DNA of 63,818 nucleotides, filler included, from Neolecta irregularis DAH-3 (lineage: Eukaryota), in assembly GCA_001929475.1 (NCBI GenBank). It is 6 parts of 6 records of this genome, joined end to end, with 100 filler letters (N's around TTAATTAATTAA, not from the genome) between each part and the next. Parts side by side here need not be neighbours in the genome. Positions count along the whole stretch, not along the records: positions 41,893 to 62,421 come from LXFE01000130.1; positions 62,522 to 63,818 come from LXFE01002245.1; 4 more parts are not named here. The stretch is one strand, 5' to 3'. Of this stretch, positions 61,866 to 63,818 are shown in pieces. The translations under genes were made by a program, and so were the position numbers. Each line of letters opens with the position of its first letter. Position 1 is the stretch's first letter. The notes below the pieces were generated by a model. It worked only from the letters and a program-made list of their open reading frames with translations, was not told the origin of the DNA and did not search any database.

Positions 61866-62421
61866 ATGCGTTTCCTTTCACGTCCACTGAGTTTGTCAAT
61901 TTTTGCACCTTACAGCCGACTAAGAGGCTCAACGAGCGGAAATGGCTCTCTTACTGCTGAACAACCATTATTTTTATACATCATTCGCTTTATTGGACCC
62001 GCTCTCTTCATTTTCATTGCAATATTTAAGTACAGTCATCATTGAAGCAGTCTATTCTGAATAACTAGTTCGTTTTTCGTATTTCGGCGAACCTTCTCCG
62101 ATTCTAACTTTATATCCACATTAAATTCCACCCTAGGATTTTCTCACATCTATGTCATCGTAGCAAATCCAGATCGAGGCAAATATGCAGATAAAATATT
62201 ACAATATCACAATCTCAAATATGAAGTATTTCCTGCTTTCACAAGGGACAGCGATTTTGTCAACGCCACTGTCTCCTCCATGTGGGAAAGAAATGAAGGA
62301 AACGAAGATATAAGGATTTGGGGAAAAATTGGATGTTGGGCTTCGCATCGAGCAATATGGACGGACGCTCTTGAGAAGAAACACTCAACGTTCTTGGTGC
62401 TAGAAGATGACATTGATGTGC
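61866..62421 (+). CDS. GT25-family glycosyltransferase, N-terminal part (3' part lost in a gap)
   Basis: Type II membrane anchor, then LNSTLGFSHIYVI, GKIGCWASHRAIW, FLVLEDDIDV (DxD motif). Confidence 0.8.
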
Positions 62422-62521
62422 NNNNNNNNNNNNNNNNNNNNNNNNNNNNNNNNNNNNNNNNNNNNTTAATTAATTAANNNNNNNNNNNNNNNNNNNNNNN
62501 NNNNNNNNNNNNNNNNNNNNN

Positions 62522-63768
62522 TGCGGGCGTCGCCGCTGTTTGAGTCGCTGCTGATCATCGGGCGCGACGCGGACGTGGTGTCGCCGATGCTGACGCCGCT
62601 GACGTATGCGGGGCTTTTGGGGGAATTGTCTCTGACGGACACTCCTCTCTCCTCGGACACGCTTCCCTCGATCTCCTCCGACACGCCTCCCTCGGACAAA
62701 CTGTTTGCCCAGCTGGGCGACTCGCACTTTGCGGTGGTCGGCGCGCTGCTGCACCGCGTTGCGCGCAGCCTGCACGACGACTACGCCGCGCGCCACCGCG
62801 CCACAACCGTCGCGCAGCTCAAACACTTTGTCGCGTCGCTCGGCGCGCTGCAGGCGCGGCACAGCTCGCTGCGCCTGCGTACTTTGTCTCCGCCGCCGCG
62901 CTGACCGCAGACACCGCCCTCGCGGAACACATCGCGGCCCGCACCGCCACGCCGCTCTTCGCCGCGCTGCTCGACGCGCAGCAGCGTATCGCTCCCCCGC
63001 GGCGCCGCTGACCGCTGACCGCAGTCATGCTCGCCGCAGACCCCGCCGCGCACACAGCCCCGATCCTCGATCTCGTCGCCCGCCACCCGCCGCTCCCGCT
63101 CCCGCTCGTCCTGCGCCTGCTCGTCCTGCACTCCGCCGTCGCAAACGGCATCCGCCCCAAGGACCTGCTGCTCTTCAAAAAAGAGGTCCTGCACACCTAC
63201 GGCTACCACCACCTGCTCACCTTTGCCAATCTCGAGAAAGCGGGCCTCCTCAAACCGCGATCCCCGAATGCGAAATCCGCCTGGCCCCTCCTCCGCAAGG
63301 CCCTCCGCCTCATCGTAGACGACGTCGACGACCACGACCCGCAGGACATCGCCTACGTCTACAGCGGCTACGCCCCCCTCAGCGTCCGTCTCGTGCAAGC
63401 CGTCCTCCAGAAACACCTCTTCCAGAAACTGCCCCCCGCCGCCGCCGGCTGGAAAGGCTTCGAAGACATCCTCCGCCACGTCCCCGGAAAGACATTCGAC
63501 GAGTTCCAGAAGGCTGACTCGCTCAGTAGTGGCTCCCGTCTGCTGACCCTAGATCCCTCCCAGCCCAAGCCCAAAATCACAGTCGTCTTTTTCCTCGGCG
63601 GCATCACCTGGGCCGAAATCGCTGCCCTGAGGTTTATGATGGCCAAAGAAAATAGTACGCTTTCCTCGAAATTTCTCTGATCTAGGTGATCGTCGCATTT
63701 TGATCGCAACAACTGGCATTATCGATGGCAATTCCATGATAGAGAGTTTGATTTATTGTCCTGATTAA
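62522..63768 (+). CDS. VPS33: Sec1/Munc18-family protein Vps33, 3' part
   Basis: LLIIGRDADVVSPMLTPLTYAGLL, LFAQLGDSHFAVVG, LRLHTALAE, TYGYHHLLTFANLEKAGLL, DIAYVYSGYAPLSVRLVQ, VVFFLGGITWAEIAALRF. Confidence 0.93.
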
Positions 63769-63818
63769 ATTTATTGTGATTTGATTTGTCCTGATTTGAT
63801 TTGTCCTGATTTGATTTG
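63747..63818. repeat. Minisatellite (GATTTGTCCTGATTT-like) overlapping the VPS33 stop
   Basis: ...gatttgatttgtcctgatttgatttgtcctgatttgatttg to the window end. Confidence 0.7.

Noticed and set aside
28970-62521. TTAATTAATTAA flanked by Ns, five times
   Set aside because: Artificial six-frame-stop scaffolding linker; order and orientation across it are not biological evidence.
62470-63517. Long overlapping ORFs on both strands over VPS33
   Set aside because: A by-product of very high GC (few stop codons); only the Vps33 frames have recognisable motifs.

Overview
This is eukaryotic (fungal) DNA. It is gene-dense, with many very short spliceosomal introns (about 33-45 nt) that have degenerate donors; this style resembles an early-diverging ascomycete (Taphrinomycotina, Neolecta-like), which is an inference. 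The window consists of six contigs joined by artificial 100-bp N44-TTAATTAATTAA-N44 spacers. Housekeeping genes that could be spliced by hand: CTNNBL1-like, an RluA-family pseudouridine synthase, RAD50, a GH5 exo-beta-1,3-glucanase, Rad1 (9-1-1 clamp), TFB4, dynein light chain LC8, MRD1, NMA111, RIB3, PBDC1-like, calnexin, a Sut1-like sugar permease, RFC2, an AVT-type transporter, TRM10 and VPS33. Accessory material includes orphan genes, two F-box genes, three GT25 glycosyltransferase pieces, a GH3 pseudogene, a gag remnant, solo-LTR-like elements and two other dispersed repeat families. Best leads: (1) an ORF-free, highly base-paired locus at about 26.4-27.1 kb with the layout of a telomerase RNA (TATA box, boundary hairpin, TAACCCTAA template, 12-bp core-enclosing helix); (2) an apparent GA-AG intron in RIB3 plus several GC-AG introns; (3) an unannotated family of secreted 4-Cys proteins; (4) a CpG-deamination signature on repeats that extends into a gene's first exon; (5) sharp local GC peaks. 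All gene models and RNA pairings were derived by eye and have not been checked computationally.
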